Positions 1 through 9,591 of a stretch of 64,000 nt of DNA are shown one piece after another. Source of the stretch: a virus (lineage: Duplodnaviria > Caudoviricetes); IMG/VR virus record IMGVR_UViG_3300042691_041259, positions 128,001 to 192,000 of that record; one strand, 5' to 3'. Each line of letters starts with the position of its first letter. The first letter of the stretch is position 1. Position numbers and translations under genes: made by a program. The notes beneath the pieces were generated by a model, which saw only the letters and a program-made list of their open reading frames with translations, was not told the DNA's origin and did no database searches.

Positions 1-3000
1 TAGTTCAATTGCGTAGGTGGAGTCCAACCAGCAGAACTGTCATAGCCACCTACGTAGCCAGTACCGGTACCGGTGTTATCACCTGCATAGTCGGTCATTC
101 TGAATTGATATATGATAGGAATCTGAATTGCATTTGCTTCACCAGTTCCAAGATCTTTTACAGCTCGATAGTCAGTTCCATCTACTAGAAGTTGATCAAA
201 TGTAGCAGGCGCCAATAAGAGATAAGATCCACAAGTATTTTTTCCAATCAAATAACGGTCGCCATCAATGAATCCAAATTTATCTGGCAGCAAATCTACG
301 CTAGGCGTAAATACTGGGTTTGGTGGAATCGGTGGAATTGTTCCGGCTGGAGTTGCACCTGAATTTTCATACCAATTATTCTTGTATTGTAACTGTCTTA
401 CATCATCGGCAGACGTATTAAAATTGTAAGCATGTCTAAAGGTAGAAACGCTTTCAGCCGATGTAGGATAGCCATCCACCGTAGTTGAAAAAATCTGCGG
501 TGATTGCAAATATATTGGTAGCGTTCCTGTTTGAATTGCTGGATGCTGAATATGCACGCAGAAATCGTTTATCTGTCCGCCGCCTTGCGGTGCACCACCT
601 GAATATGCTCCATTCCATATATACGACTGAATTGGAGCGGCTCCATTGATATTAGGCAGCAATCTTCTAGCAGCGTCAGTTCTGGGTTCTACATAAAGTG
701 GCGTCGCCAAGCCTATATCAGTATATCTACTATAGAGATATTGCGATCTCAGCTGACCGCTTTGATAAAAAGCGGAGCTGAATTTGTTTGCATTGTTAGT
801 ATCCGCTCTTGCAATTGTTGTATTTACAATTGGAACAAGATCGTACTTTCTAGCATAAATGTAATCATAGTCATTGAACGTAGTAGTAAGACCGCTATCT
901 GGCAAATCCTGCCCAATACCGCCAGGGAATCTTGAAACAAGTTCCAGCGTTGCAGCAATAGGATTTTCCAGAGAGAGTATATAGACTTTGTTAATTACTG
1001 CGCCTCTTTGAGAAGAAGACGGAAGCAACGCTACGTAATCCGTATAATAGCCTGCAAAAAGTTTGATAGTCGAACCGTTTTGTATTTCGGTTTTTGAACT
1101 TGCATCTTTGTCTATTACAAAAACGTGTAATTCTCCTTTTGCTTGAGAAATTTTGTTTTGTATCTCCTGGATTGCAATATCTAATGCTTTTAATTTTTCA
1201 TACAGGGAAATAACTACTCCTGAAGAATCGTAAAATGATGAAGATATTACATCAGCGCTGTGAGCATAGTATTGTTCGCCAGAATTAAATGAAGAACTAA
1301 GGTGAACATCAAGTCCTTTGGCAGCCAAATCAGATTCCAATTGAACTTTTACAGCCTCTTGTCTTGCTTGAGCCAGCGCTAGTAACGCCTCGTCTTCGCC
1401 AGTGAAATCCTGTGGAAACTCAATACTAACAATGTTTGACGGAACAGAAAGCAACGGTGATACTGGCCATCCTGCTTCAGAAACTGCCACAATGTAAAAC
1501 TCAACCTTTTCGCCTTTAGTGATAGGAATATCTACCTGGTTGACGTTGATAGTGTCCGGATTTTCAATGTCCTCGCTATCCCATACGTATTTTCCAACAG
1601 TGGTATTGTAGCTTTTTGTGCGAATATCCGACTTTACCTGTTGCCAGTTGCTGAAACTTGCTCTGACTGTTTTACCAGTCGTTGAAGCTATATCAAACTG
1701 TTTTGTATCCGATGCGTTTCCTGCTGGATTAACATAACGGTAATACACATAGAATTGTATTACATTTTGGAATCCAGTCTTATCGCTATACTTTGGTGTT
1801 GGAATATCGAAGAATCCACGAACCCTGTATTTTGGAGTATCTAACGCGGCAGGCGCATCTTGTGAAGTTGCTGCAAGTTCGTTTACAATACTCGCATATA
1901 GAGAAGATTGGCTGTTCTTTTCTCGAATCAACGAATCCAACTCGTTCTTTACGCCACGACGATCTGTCTCAGAAGCAAAGTTTGTTGTATTGAGTTCTTG
2001 AGTTTTCTTATCTATTGAACTCTGTAGCTGAGTAATTAAAGCCTCAATTCTTACTTTGTCGGCAGCCTTTTTACGTATAGAAACTATTTGTGCTTGATCC
2101 AGTTTATGTTCATTAACTTGCACAACTTTAAAGTTTGCTGCATTAAGCTCAGGCGCATCAGGAGTTATACCATCCATTACTGAAATGGTATTGTTTTTGG
2201 TTGCGGCTAAGAGCTGCGATCCAAAGTCCATTACACGAGTTTGATAGTAATCTACCAGGCTTGTTGTGCCTTCTGCCAAGTCAACTGACAGATCGTTGGA
2301 ATAAAATGCAACTCCAGGAGAATACTTTGTGGATATTAAGTTTTCTTCATCATTTACATTTTTGAAGAACACTACTTGTCTTTCATCAAATCCAACTCCC
2401 ACGTTAGCGAGTTTTGGAGAAAACCGAGGTGAATAAATTGAAACAGGTTCACCTGCTACAAGAGGCTCATAGCCACGAAGCCTTTTTATTCCCACGTATC
2501 GGGTTTCGCTATTAACCTCATTGACTTCGTATATAGTCTCGCCTTTGATCAATTGATCTCCGACTTTTAAAGTCATGGTATTCTGTTGTATCGAGAGGTT
2601 ATCTGTGTATCTTAGACTGTTGAAAAGATATCTCCTTTTGGTTACCACAGTACCGTCTTGTAGAGTGACCTGTTGGTCACGATATGAAACAACAGTAAAT
2701 TCACCACTGTATCGGACTACTGAAAGAGGTAAATCGATAACTTCCTCGTCTACATAAAAAGTGTAATTGAGCCTTTGCAGTTCAATCAGAAAGTTTACGT
2801 AGTCAATATCATTTCTGCCTTTGATGTTTCCATCAAAGTATGTGATTTTTTCTTGAGTATCCGTATTGATGATGAGCCTTTTTACACCAATTTTGGATTC
2901 TTGCTGTGCAACATATTTTGTAACATTAAAGCTAACTTTAAGAGCCGGAGTCATCATTGACTCAAAGAACCAATTAGTTTCTGGTACAAATTTAGATGGC

Positions 3001-3335
3001 ACTTTCAAAGAACCTATTGGTGCTGGATCCGTAGGCGTTTTTGTTTGATAAATCCGCTTAAAAGATCCGTCAGGCATTCTGACATACGCCTCTGAGTCAA
3101 ACCCCATTAAAGTAGTTAGCGTATTATCAATTCGCGAAAGCGAACCTCGGATTCCCGAAAAGGATGGAATTGTGTATGTGCTGGTAGTCCCGTCAGCATT
3201 TGTTGTAGTTACCTGAACTACATCCGCGTCTGTTGTGACTGCTTGAGATTGTTTTGCGATAATCTCCAGAGCATTATTCTGAAGCCTAACAAACTCCGCT
3301 AGAATTGTTGAAAAACTATTACTGGTCTCTGCCAT
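1..3335 (-). CDS. Large putative virion structural protein (>1100 aa, runs off the left edge; absent from the ORF track)
   Basis: ATG at 3335 (MAETSNSFSTILAEFVRLQNNALE...). My manual translation stays open to the window edge (...GWTPPTQLN). GATAAATA lies 20 nt upstream. It contains a coiled-coil segment and sits among structural genes. Confidence 0.8.
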   Translation of the reverse strand, partial: MAETSNSFSTILAEFVRLQNNALEIIAKQSQAVTTDADVVQVTTTNADGTTSTYTIPSFSGIRGSLSRIDNTLTTLMGFDSEAYVRMPDGSFKRIYQTKTPTDPAPIGSLKVPSKFVPETNWFFESMMTPALKVSFNVTKYVAQQESKIGVKRLIINTDTQEKITYFDGNIKGRNDIDYVNFLIELQRLNYTFYVDEEVIDLPLSVVRYSGEFTVVSYRDQQVTLQDGTVVTKRRYLFNSLRYTDNLSIQQNTMTLKVGDQLIKGETIYEVNEVNSETRYVGIKRLRGYEPLVAGEPVSIYSPRFSPKLANVGVGFDERQVVFFKNVNDEENLISTKYSPGVAFYSNDLSVDLAEGTTSLVDYYQTRVMDFGSQLLAATKNNTISVMDGITPDAPELNAANFKVVQVNEHKLDQAQIVSIRKKAADKVRIEALITQLQSSIDKKTQELNTTNFASETDRRGVKNELDSLIREKNSQSSLYASIVNELAATSQDAPAALDTPKYRVRGFFDIPTPKYSDKTGFQNVIQFYVYYRYVNPAGNASDTKQFDIASTTGKTVRASFSNWQQVKSDIRTKSYNTTVGKYVWDSEDIENPDTINVNQVDIPITKGEKVEFYIVAVSEAGWPVSPLLSVPSNIVSIEFPQDFTGEDEALLALAQARQEAVKVQLESDLAAKGLDVHLSSSFNSGEQYYAHSADVISSSFYDSSGVVISLYEKLKALDIAIQEIQNKISQAKGELHVFVIDKDASSKTEIQNGSTIKLFAGYYTDYVALLPSSSQRGAVINKVYILSLENPIAATLELVSRFPGGIGQDLPDSGLTTTFNDYDYIYARKYDLVPIVNTTIARADTNNANKFSSAFYQSGQLRSQYLYSRYTDIGLATPLYVEPRTDAARRLLPNINGAAPIQSYIWNGAYSGGAPQGGGQINDFCVHIQHPAIQTGTLPIYLQSPQIFSTTVDGYPTSAESVSTFRHAYNFNTSADDVRQLQYKNNWYENSGATPAGTIPPIPPNPVFTPSVDLLPDKFGFIDGDRYLIGKNTCGSYLLLAPATFDQLLVDGTDYRAVKDLGTGEANAIQIPIIYQFRMTDYAGDNTGTGTGYVGGYDSSAGWTPPTQLN

Positions 3336-3354
3336 TTTGACCCTATTTTTGTTT

Positions 3355-3362
3355 TATTTATC
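3355..3362 (-). promoter_or_regulatory. Late-promoter-like motif GATAAATA
   Basis: Resembles the T4 late promoter TATAAATA; 20 nt upstream of the ATG at 3335; recurs before other structural genes. Confidence 0.6.
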
Positions 3363-3384
3363 CCAGCGGTTTCTAAAGGTGAAT

Positions 3385-5625
3385 TTAGAAAATGTCCACT
3401 GAGAATGTGTATGTTGCTGGGTCTAAGCAGATAAGTTCAATAATTGGATTGTCGCCCTTGGCTATGAACTGTGCGTAAGTAATAAAGCCAATTTCTGCTG
3501 AATAAGGGAACCCCGTGTTCAATGTATCAAGAGCATCTGAGTATATGATAAAATTGAAATTGCCATTGGTATTGGACATATCAATTCCATTTTCAAAAGC
3601 TATTCTAAATACTTGTCCAGGCTGCCACTTATTGATAGTATCATCAAGGTATATGATGATATCTCTGTCAGTTACAGGAAGCGCGCTTGGTGTTCCTCCA
3701 AGTATTTTAAGGTAATTGTTATATTCTAATAGCTTACGAAGGTAACTATAAGAATTTCCATTTGTTGTAAAGTCCATTGTTCCAGAAGGAACATTGAAGT
3801 ATACCAAAGTCTTATCGGTCGGAGATGTTGCATCCCCAATAGTAAAGAGTTCTCGAGTATTGTTAATCTTCGCTCTTCCCGGATTTGACTTGTCAATAAA
3901 AATACCAGGACCTGCCTCTAAAAGATCTAAGTTATATGCGACTTCTACACTAGTCAGTCCTTTGTAGATATTATTGATTTCTTCATAGTTTCTCTCAATT
4001 AGGCCTACCAAATTTTGATTGTTGATGAAGACCTGTTGAGATTCTTGGATAAGTACAGTCAGCTCATCAAGACGTATTTGAATTTCAGCAGCAGTTTGCG
4101 AATTGATAAGTTGATTTTCAATATCATTTACCTGAGCTTGCAAAGCTATCAGTTGATCCTGGTTTGCATTAAGCAAGTCTGAAGAATTTAGAAGCTGATT
4201 GATTGCTTCCATAAACTGCGACAACGAGTACGGGTTGTAGTCATTGATGCTTGTTTCAATAGATGTATCTTGTGAGTTTACATCAAACTTAATGTTGACA
4301 CGGAAAGCAAAAGAATTACCATTGTCTCCAGTTAATGAATTAGGCTTATACTTTGTATATGTAGGAATGTATCCGCCACCACCTGTTTTTGGATCTACAT
4401 TGTCTAAGAAAAGAACGCCAAAAAGATTGGTGGTAGAATCTGTAGCATTATTCGGATCATACAGATCATAATAAAGCAAAACTGCATTAAACTCAAAAGA
4501 TTGCGCTACGGCTTGCTCGTTATATTTACCAAACTCTGTAATGTTTTGATTAGCCATGCCTGCATACGCATCAGTGCTGTAAATAAGGCTAATGCCATCA
4601 AGTCGGCTTCGAACATATTCTACTAGCTTGTTTACACTTTCAATTTTGTATCGGTCATTTCGACTATCGTTAAATGTGGTGGCAGGCTCTGTAAAGTATG
4701 TATTTGCATACGGGTTTAGTCCAAACCACCAGCTAAAAAGAGGATTTGCTGAATCTACATATGTTGCTGAAGTTGGATCGTAATAATAAAAGGTTGCAAG
4801 AGCGCCAAACGGATCGTTTACTGTAAACGTATTAAGTACTGAATCATAATATGCTTCAATACTTAGTCCTGCTGGTGAAACAGTATTAGTGTCTCTTCCA
4901 AAAAGATATGGAGCATTGAGAGGATTTGACGGGTTATTTTGAAACGCGCCAGTCTTAGGGTAGTTTGCGTCATCAACAGAATTAAACAAAACTACCGGAG
5001 TATTTCCATGGCTTGTTGGAAGATATAAATAAACCTCAGAAAAAGCATTAAAACTATTTCGAACAGAATTTATGATACTTACATCTCCAAGATACTTAAC
5101 AACCTTTTTGTAAAATATGCTATCGTCTTCTTCTACATAAACTGTAGGATTGCTAGTAACGGGACTAATTGCAGGATATTTAGTTGGATTAGATGTAATT
5201 ACGCTTTGAACGTATTCAGATGTGTTGGCTTCCCGAAAACGAATTGCACCAATTTCTTTTAGCCACTTAAAGAAAACTCTTTCTGAAACTGTTAAAGATG
5301 TGTTAGGATCATAATTTGTTTGGCCAGATAGAGTGGATTCTAAGTTCAAACAATAATTCTGGAACGATTCAGCAAAGAAATCGTTCCATGTCTTGGTTCC
5401 ATCAACCTGTTCAAATCCGCCAGGAACATTAGACAAACCTATTGTATTGATGAAAGACGGAGACGTATTTTCAATTGGTGGCAGATTCATCAAAGCATAT
5501 TTCGAAAAACGAAACTTCTTTTGTGAATCATTGAATGTTAAGCCCAAGTCTTCAGACGCAGAAGAGAACGTATAAAACGTTCCTCCTTGTAGTCTTATTG
5601 GTCTTATGAGTGGTGCAACAGCCAT
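3385..5625 (-). CDS. Putative virion structural protein (746 aa)
   Basis: Long ORF with beta-rich N/T/S composition and a central coiled coil (QLIALQAQVNDIENQL); structural gene context. Confidence 0.6.
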   Translation of the reverse strand: MAVAPLIRPIRLQGGTFYTFSSASEDLGLTFNDSQKKFRFSKYALMNLPPIENTSPSFINTIGLSNVPGGFEQVDGTKTWNDFFAESFQNYCLNLESTLSGQTNYDPNTSLTVSERVFFKWLKEIGAIRFREANTSEYVQSVITSNPTKYPAISPVTSNPTVYVEEDDSIFYKKVVKYLGDVSIINSVRNSFNAFSEVYLYLPTSHGNTPVVLFNSVDDANYPKTGAFQNNPSNPLNAPYLFGRDTNTVSPAGLSIEAYYDSVLNTFTVNDPFGALATFYYYDPTSATYVDSANPLFSWWFGLNPYANTYFTEPATTFNDSRNDRYKIESVNKLVEYVRSRLDGISLIYSTDAYAGMANQNITEFGKYNEQAVAQSFEFNAVLLYYDLYDPNNATDSTTNLFGVLFLDNVDPKTGGGGYIPTYTKYKPNSLTGDNGNSFAFRVNIKFDVNSQDTSIETSINDYNPYSLSQFMEAINQLLNSSDLLNANQDQLIALQAQVNDIENQLINSQTAAEIQIRLDELTVLIQESQQVFINNQNLVGLIERNYEEINNIYKGLTSVEVAYNLDLLEAGPGIFIDKSNPGRAKINNTRELFTIGDATSPTDKTLVYFNVPSGTMDFTTNGNSYSYLRKLLEYNNYLKILGGTPSALPVTDRDIIIYLDDTINKWQPGQVFRIAFENGIDMSNTNGNFNFIIYSDALDTLNTGFPYSAEIGFITYAQFIAKGDNPIIELICLDPATYTFSVDIF

Positions 5626-5645
5626 TAAAGTGCTTTATCTATTTT

Positions 5646-6452
5646 TTAGAAGTAGGTTACGTCTCCGTGAGCTCCTACAACTTTCCAACCATTAGCTCCA
5701 GCGGCTAAGTCAATCCAAATACCGGTAAATTTAGCATCGGTTTGTGAATTAAGTGTTGTATTTAAGATGATATTTGATCCAACTGCAGTATTGTCAAAGG
5801 CCGGATCGAAATTGGTAGTGTTATCCAATTCAAACTGTAGGTTTGAAGGTGCATTAGTGTCAAATACAAGTGTGACAAGCTGACCAGCGTTCACAGTGCC
5901 TACAGCAGGTAGAGTTAAAACGTTAAACGATGAAGCGGTAGAAACATCTAGGTGCATAACCCTAACGGTGTCTAATATAGGTAGAACTCCTGTTGCAACC
6001 TCTGTGTTTACGGCTGGACTCTTACTATTAGCAGCAGACCATTGTTCATTTGTTTCAGAGTCATTTCCTATATACTGTAAGTCATTAACAAATGTATCAG
6101 TATTTGCGGTGTTATTAAATGTAACTGCTCCGTCAACAGTTAGTGTACTGCTAATTGTAGCCGCGCCCGTCAGACCCAGCGTTGAGCTGTTTGTTGGTGT
6201 TCCTAAATTAAGATTTCCGTCAATCTGTGCCGAACCCTGGCACAGGAAAAGATTGACTGACGCTGCTCTATTGTATCGCAGCACTTGAACATCGCCTACA
6301 TTCAAAGATCCGCCAGGTACATATGAAGTGTTAAGACGCGTTTCAAGAGTATTGATTGCGTTTTGAAGGAGTGTGAAATTGTTATTCAGAACAATTCTTG
6401 AGGCGGCAATGTTATCTCCGCCTAAGATTTCTGTGATAGTTACTGTTGCCAT
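5646..6452 (-). CDS. Putative tail fibre/baseplate-associated protein (268 aa)
   Basis: N-terminal ITEILGGDNIAASRIVLNNNF followed by a short coiled coil and G/T/N-rich beta repeats, typical of phage fibre anchors. Confidence 0.5.
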   Translation of the reverse strand: MATVTITEILGGDNIAASRIVLNNNFTLLQNAINTLETRLNTSYVPGGSLNVGDVQVLRYNRAASVNLFLCQGSAQIDGNLNLGTPTNSSTLGLTGAATISSTLTVDGAVTFNNTANTDTFVNDLQYIGNDSETNEQWSAANSKSPAVNTEVATGVLPILDTVRVMHLDVSTASSFNVLTLPAVGTVNAGQLVTLVFDTNAPSNLQFELDNTTNFDPAFDNTAVGSNIILNTTLNSQTDAKFTGIWIDLAAGANGWKVVGAHGDVTYF

Positions 6453-6481
6453 TTTTTCGTATTTTTTGTGCTTTTTCTAAA

Positions 6482-6490
6482 CTATATATC
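6482..6490 (-). promoter_or_regulatory. Late-promoter-like motif GATATATAG (overlaps the TAG of the upstream gene)
   Basis: 30 nt upstream of the ATG at 6452; same motif family. Confidence 0.5.
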
Positions 6491-7348
6491 TCCTTCAATT
6501 CCTTTTGTGTTTGACCGCTTATATGCCGCCGGAACGTTTTCTTCCCAGCGTGGGTCATACCAGAATCTTCTGCCAGTTTTGTCAATCACCGAATTGCCTT
6601 TACCATAAACCTGCATCCATGCACCAAATCCATCAGCAGGGACACCATTAGGGTTTACCCAGTCTTTTAGCTGTCCACCACCAAGAGTGTATGCATCTCT
6701 TACGCATAGGTGTGTGACTTTTAGAATTTCTTCTAACTGATCACGAGTAAGATCTTTTGCAATGGTAAAAGGCATAACGTTGGTTCGATAAAGAATCTCA
6801 GCTCTGAGGTAATTTCCAACTCCGTTAAAATAGCCTTGATTCATTAAGAGCTCATTTACCGGAGAGTTAAATGCTTTAGATGTTTGCCAATTTGCTCGAA
6901 CTGAGTTTGCAAACTCATTAAATTCTGTAAGAGGGCACGGACCTCTGTCAGAATTCCAGGTACCCCATCTCCACTTTGCAAAACGTCGAACATCATGTAA
7001 AACCAATAGATCTCCACGATTAGTGATTAGCCTCAAGTGAGCGTGCTTTAAGACTTCGTCTTTCTTTGGACTGTCATGCCGTACCATCGCCCAGGATCCG
7101 CTCATTCCAAGAGATACCATCAGATAACGTTTATCTTCACCGGTAGGCCCTCCTCCAACAAGCTCAAGCTCAAGCATCAATTCCTTTCCTCGGCTAGCGG
7201 CTTTAACGGTAAAAAGACCACCATCAAAGGCAGTAAGTTCAGTTTTTACTTTTGAGACGGGTGATTTTTCAATCTTCTCAAAGAATTGATTAGTAGCGAC
7301 CATGTTAATAAAGTCGCCCATGATTTTAACTTCGGCTAATTCAGGCAT
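6482..7348 (-). CDS. nei: Fpg/Nei-family DNA glycosylase/AP lyase, NEIL1-like (no zinc finger)
   Basis: N-terminal MPELAE catalytic Pro-Glu; RGKEL, LGMSG, DVRRF and H2TH motif LLMNQGYFNGVGNYLRAEILY; no C4 zinc finger at the C-terminus. Confidence 0.93.
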   Translation of the reverse strand: MPELAEVKIMGDFINMVATNQFFEKIEKSPVSKVKTELTAFDGGLFTVKAASRGKELMLELELVGGGPTGEDKRYLMVSLGMSGSWAMVRHDSPKKDEVLKHAHLRLITNRGDLLVLHDVRRFAKWRWGTWNSDRGPCPLTEFNEFANSVRANWQTSKAFNSPVNELLMNQGYFNGVGNYLRAEILYRTNVMPFTIAKDLTRDQLEEILKVTHLCVRDAYTLGGGQLKDWVNPNGVPADGFGAWMQVYGKGNSVIDKTGRRFWYDPRWEENVPAAYKRSNTKGIEGDI

Positions 7349-8067
7349 TATAGAGTATTGCTTTGTAAAGTTTGTGGCTGATATATGTTGTAGATCTTTT
7401 CGGCTAAGAGAATCATTGATTTTACATCCTTTTCACAGTATGTAGTTACACGATCAATTTCACCAGCATAAAATGTGGAATGAACCTGACTGCCATCAAT
7501 ATCATCTTTTGGAGTTGGGATTCCCATGCCAAAACAAGCCTCTTCAAATGTAACATCCAATGAAGATCCGCTTTTCCACATTTCTTTCATATCAAAGATA
7601 TTCATTTCCCAAGGCTTCTTTTCATAAGAACTTAAACAATCAGGAACTTGGATTCCATTTATTAGCAGCCGGCGGACAATCCATGGAACGTCAAAGTTTT
7701 TAATGTTCCATCCGGTAGGTATTAAACCTGCGGAGTCTGCTTTATGAAATAGATTTGCAATCTTCTTTAGCATTGTGACTTCATCACTATCAGAAATTGT
7801 TTGGATTTGCATTTCGCCATCCTTCCAGATTCCATAAGAAAGACATGCAATTCTTCCAAATTCAGGAAAGAGCGCCACATTGTTTGGGTAGTCTTTATGA
7901 AGATCGCCTGTCCAGCTCTTTCCATTGTGGAGTCGGCTGCTTTTCTTTTCAAATATACCAACCGCTTCGGGACCTTTGTCATCAATCATGGATTGAAAGT
8001 CTGGATATTGACCGCAAGTCTCAATGTCAAAAAATAAGAATTTCTTAAACTTTTCTCGTGAATACAT
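7348..8067 (-). CDS. 3'-5' exonuclease, PolB-exonuclease-like stand-alone DEDD family
   Basis: Exo I FFDIET, Exo II GWNIKNFDVPWI, Exo III YCEKDV motifs. Confidence 0.88.
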   Translation of the reverse strand: MYSREKFKKFLFFDIETCGQYPDFQSMIDDKGPEAVGIFEKKSSRLHNGKSWTGDLHKDYPNNVALFPEFGRIACLSYGIWKDGEMQIQTISDSDEVTMLKKIANLFHKADSAGLIPTGWNIKNFDVPWIVRRLLINGIQVPDCLSSYEKKPWEMNIFDMKEMWKSGSSLDVTFEEACFGMGIPTPKDDIDGSQVHSTFYAGEIDRVTTYCEKDVKSMILLAEKIYNIYQPQTLQSNTL

Positions 8068-8087
8068 AGTTTTACTTTATTTGATTA

Positions 8088-8113
8088 TTCTATACACAAA
8101 GAGATAAAGGTTT
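8088..8113 (-). promoter_or_regulatory. Early/middle-promoter-like motif AAAC-N14-GTATAGAA
   Basis: Same spacing as six other intergenic copies; upstream of the exonuclease gene. Confidence 0.5.
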
Positions 8114-8117
8114 TCTG

Positions 8118-8143
8118 AAACTTTTGTCAAGAGCTGTATAAAA
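8118..8143 (+). promoter_or_regulatory. Early/middle-promoter-like motif AAAC-N14-GTATAAAA (divergent partner)
   Basis: Back-to-back with the minus-strand copy; upstream of the only plus-strand operon in the left half. Confidence 0.5.
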
Positions 8144-8199
8144 TTAGTATCAGAAGAAAGGAGGATAAGACTATTCTCTATGACAAATAAACACTCAAT

Positions 8200-8466
8200 A
8201 TGGACCAGAACGATCTCAGAAACGCTATGCAGTCACCACAGATTGACTTAAGCACGGCTCCTTGGCACGGTTGTGAGCAAGGTAATTTTATGTTTGACAA
8301 TGCTACAATGTTCAAGCGCATTTCTCCACTAGTTTCTCCTACAGGAAACGAAGAGTTTGCAGCTGCTGAAGTTATAGTTTGTCGCAAGTGTGGAAAGATT
8401 CCGCCCTTCTTTGCTGAAAAAATGGGCGATTGTCCAGCTGAACACGTTTCAGAGTGCAAGAAGTAA
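8200..8466 (+). CDS. Small zinc-ribbon-like protein (88 aa)
   Basis: CEQG...CRKCG cysteine pattern; downstream of the promoter motif. Confidence 0.6.
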   Translation: MDQNDLRNAMQSPQIDLSTAPWHGCEQGNFMFDNATMFKRISPLVSPTGNEEFAAAEVIVCRKCGKIPPFFAEKMGDCPAEHVSECKK

Positions 8467-8870
8467 AACACTATCAAAAGATCTCAGTTAGACGCTCCTC
8501 CCTACATGGGTGGGGCGTTTTTGCTGATGAAGTTATTCTGCCAAATGAAATGGTGGAAGTTGCGCCTGGCGTTCTTTTACAACAAAGCTTTTTAAACGCT
8601 TGCCACTACGTTGCAACTGCCGAAGGAATGCCACCCGAAGAGATCATGTTAGATCAATATGGGATTGGCTGGACCGATGGCCGAGCTTTCTTTCCTTTAG
8701 GATGGGTAGGTTTATACAACCACTCCGACAATCCTTCAGCAGAATTTGTGTACGTAAGCGATGAACTTGTTGGAATCCGCTCTCTTAAAGAGATCTCTCC
8801 CGACCAAGAAATTACCGTTAACTATGGGGATCACTGGTGGAGGCAGAAGGGTTACCTCCAGAAGGCTTAG
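8454..8870 (+). CDS. SET-domain protein (putative lysine methyltransferase)
   Basis: SSLHGWGVFA, YNHSDNPSA and EITVNYG motifs; no post-SET cysteines. Confidence 0.9.
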   Translation: MQEVKHYQKISVRRSSLHGWGVFADEVILPNEMVEVAPGVLLQQSFLNACHYVATAEGMPPEEIMLDQYGIGWTDGRAFFPLGWVGLYNHSDNPSAEFVYVSDELVGIRSLKEISPDQEITVNYGDHWWRQKGYLQKA

Positions 8871-9591
8871 ACTCATAACGCTCAAACTCGTCTTCAATCT
8901 CAATGATAATGGGATTTCTTACAATATCTTCGCGATTGAAGTGCATTATTCCAAATTGAGTCTTGCTTTCAAATAGTCTCATCACAATTTCAAGCGATGA
9001 CATCTTTTTGTCTTTAAGGTCAATTTGTTTGGTGTCTCCAATAATGATCATTTTGCTGTCTTCGCCAATACGAGTCATGGTAGTTCTCATATTCTTTAGA
9101 GAGATATTTTGAGCCTCGTCTACAATAATAATCGTGTTATCAATAGAACGACCTCTAATATACGCCAAAGGTAGTACCTCAATAATTTCATGCTCGATAA
9201 GTTTTTGTGTAAGAGGCTTGCCAATAATTTTGTAAAAATTGTCAAGAAAAGATTCCATAAATGGCTCCATCTTTTCTTTAAGGCTTCCTTTAAGATATCC
9301 AATGTCTTCTCCTTCTGTGACAGTTACGCTTTTGGCAAGAATAATTTTCTTGTAAAAGTTTTCCGAATTTGCTAACAGCTTGAGAGCCTCAGCACAAGCA
9401 ACATAAGTCTTGCCCGTTCCGGCGGGACCTCCGCAGATAACTATATCTTTATTTTTGATAAGCCTACTCAGAAGCTTTTGATTTTCTGTCTTTGGTAAAA
9501 AACTGACTTTTACTCTGGCAGTTGAAAATTCTTCTCTCACATATTGAGGTTTTTCTTCTGCGGATTGTTGGTTTGGTTTTCTTCTTGCCAT
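8818..9591 (-). CDS. phoH: PhoH-family ATPase
   Basis: GPAGTGKT Walker A; LAYIRGRS, IIVDEAQN, GDTKQID and DIVRNP motifs. Confidence 0.95.
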   Translation of the reverse strand: MARRKPNQQSAEEKPQYVREEFSTARVKVSFLPKTENQKLLSRLIKNKDIVICGGPAGTGKTYVACAEALKLLANSENFYKKIILAKSVTVTEGEDIGYLKGSLKEKMEPFMESFLDNFYKIIGKPLTQKLIEHEIIEVLPLAYIRGRSIDNTIIIVDEAQNISLKNMRTTMTRIGEDSKMIIIGDTKQIDLKDKKMSSLEIVMRLFESKTQFGIMHFNREDIVRNPIIIEIEDEFERYESKPSGGNPSASTSDPHS

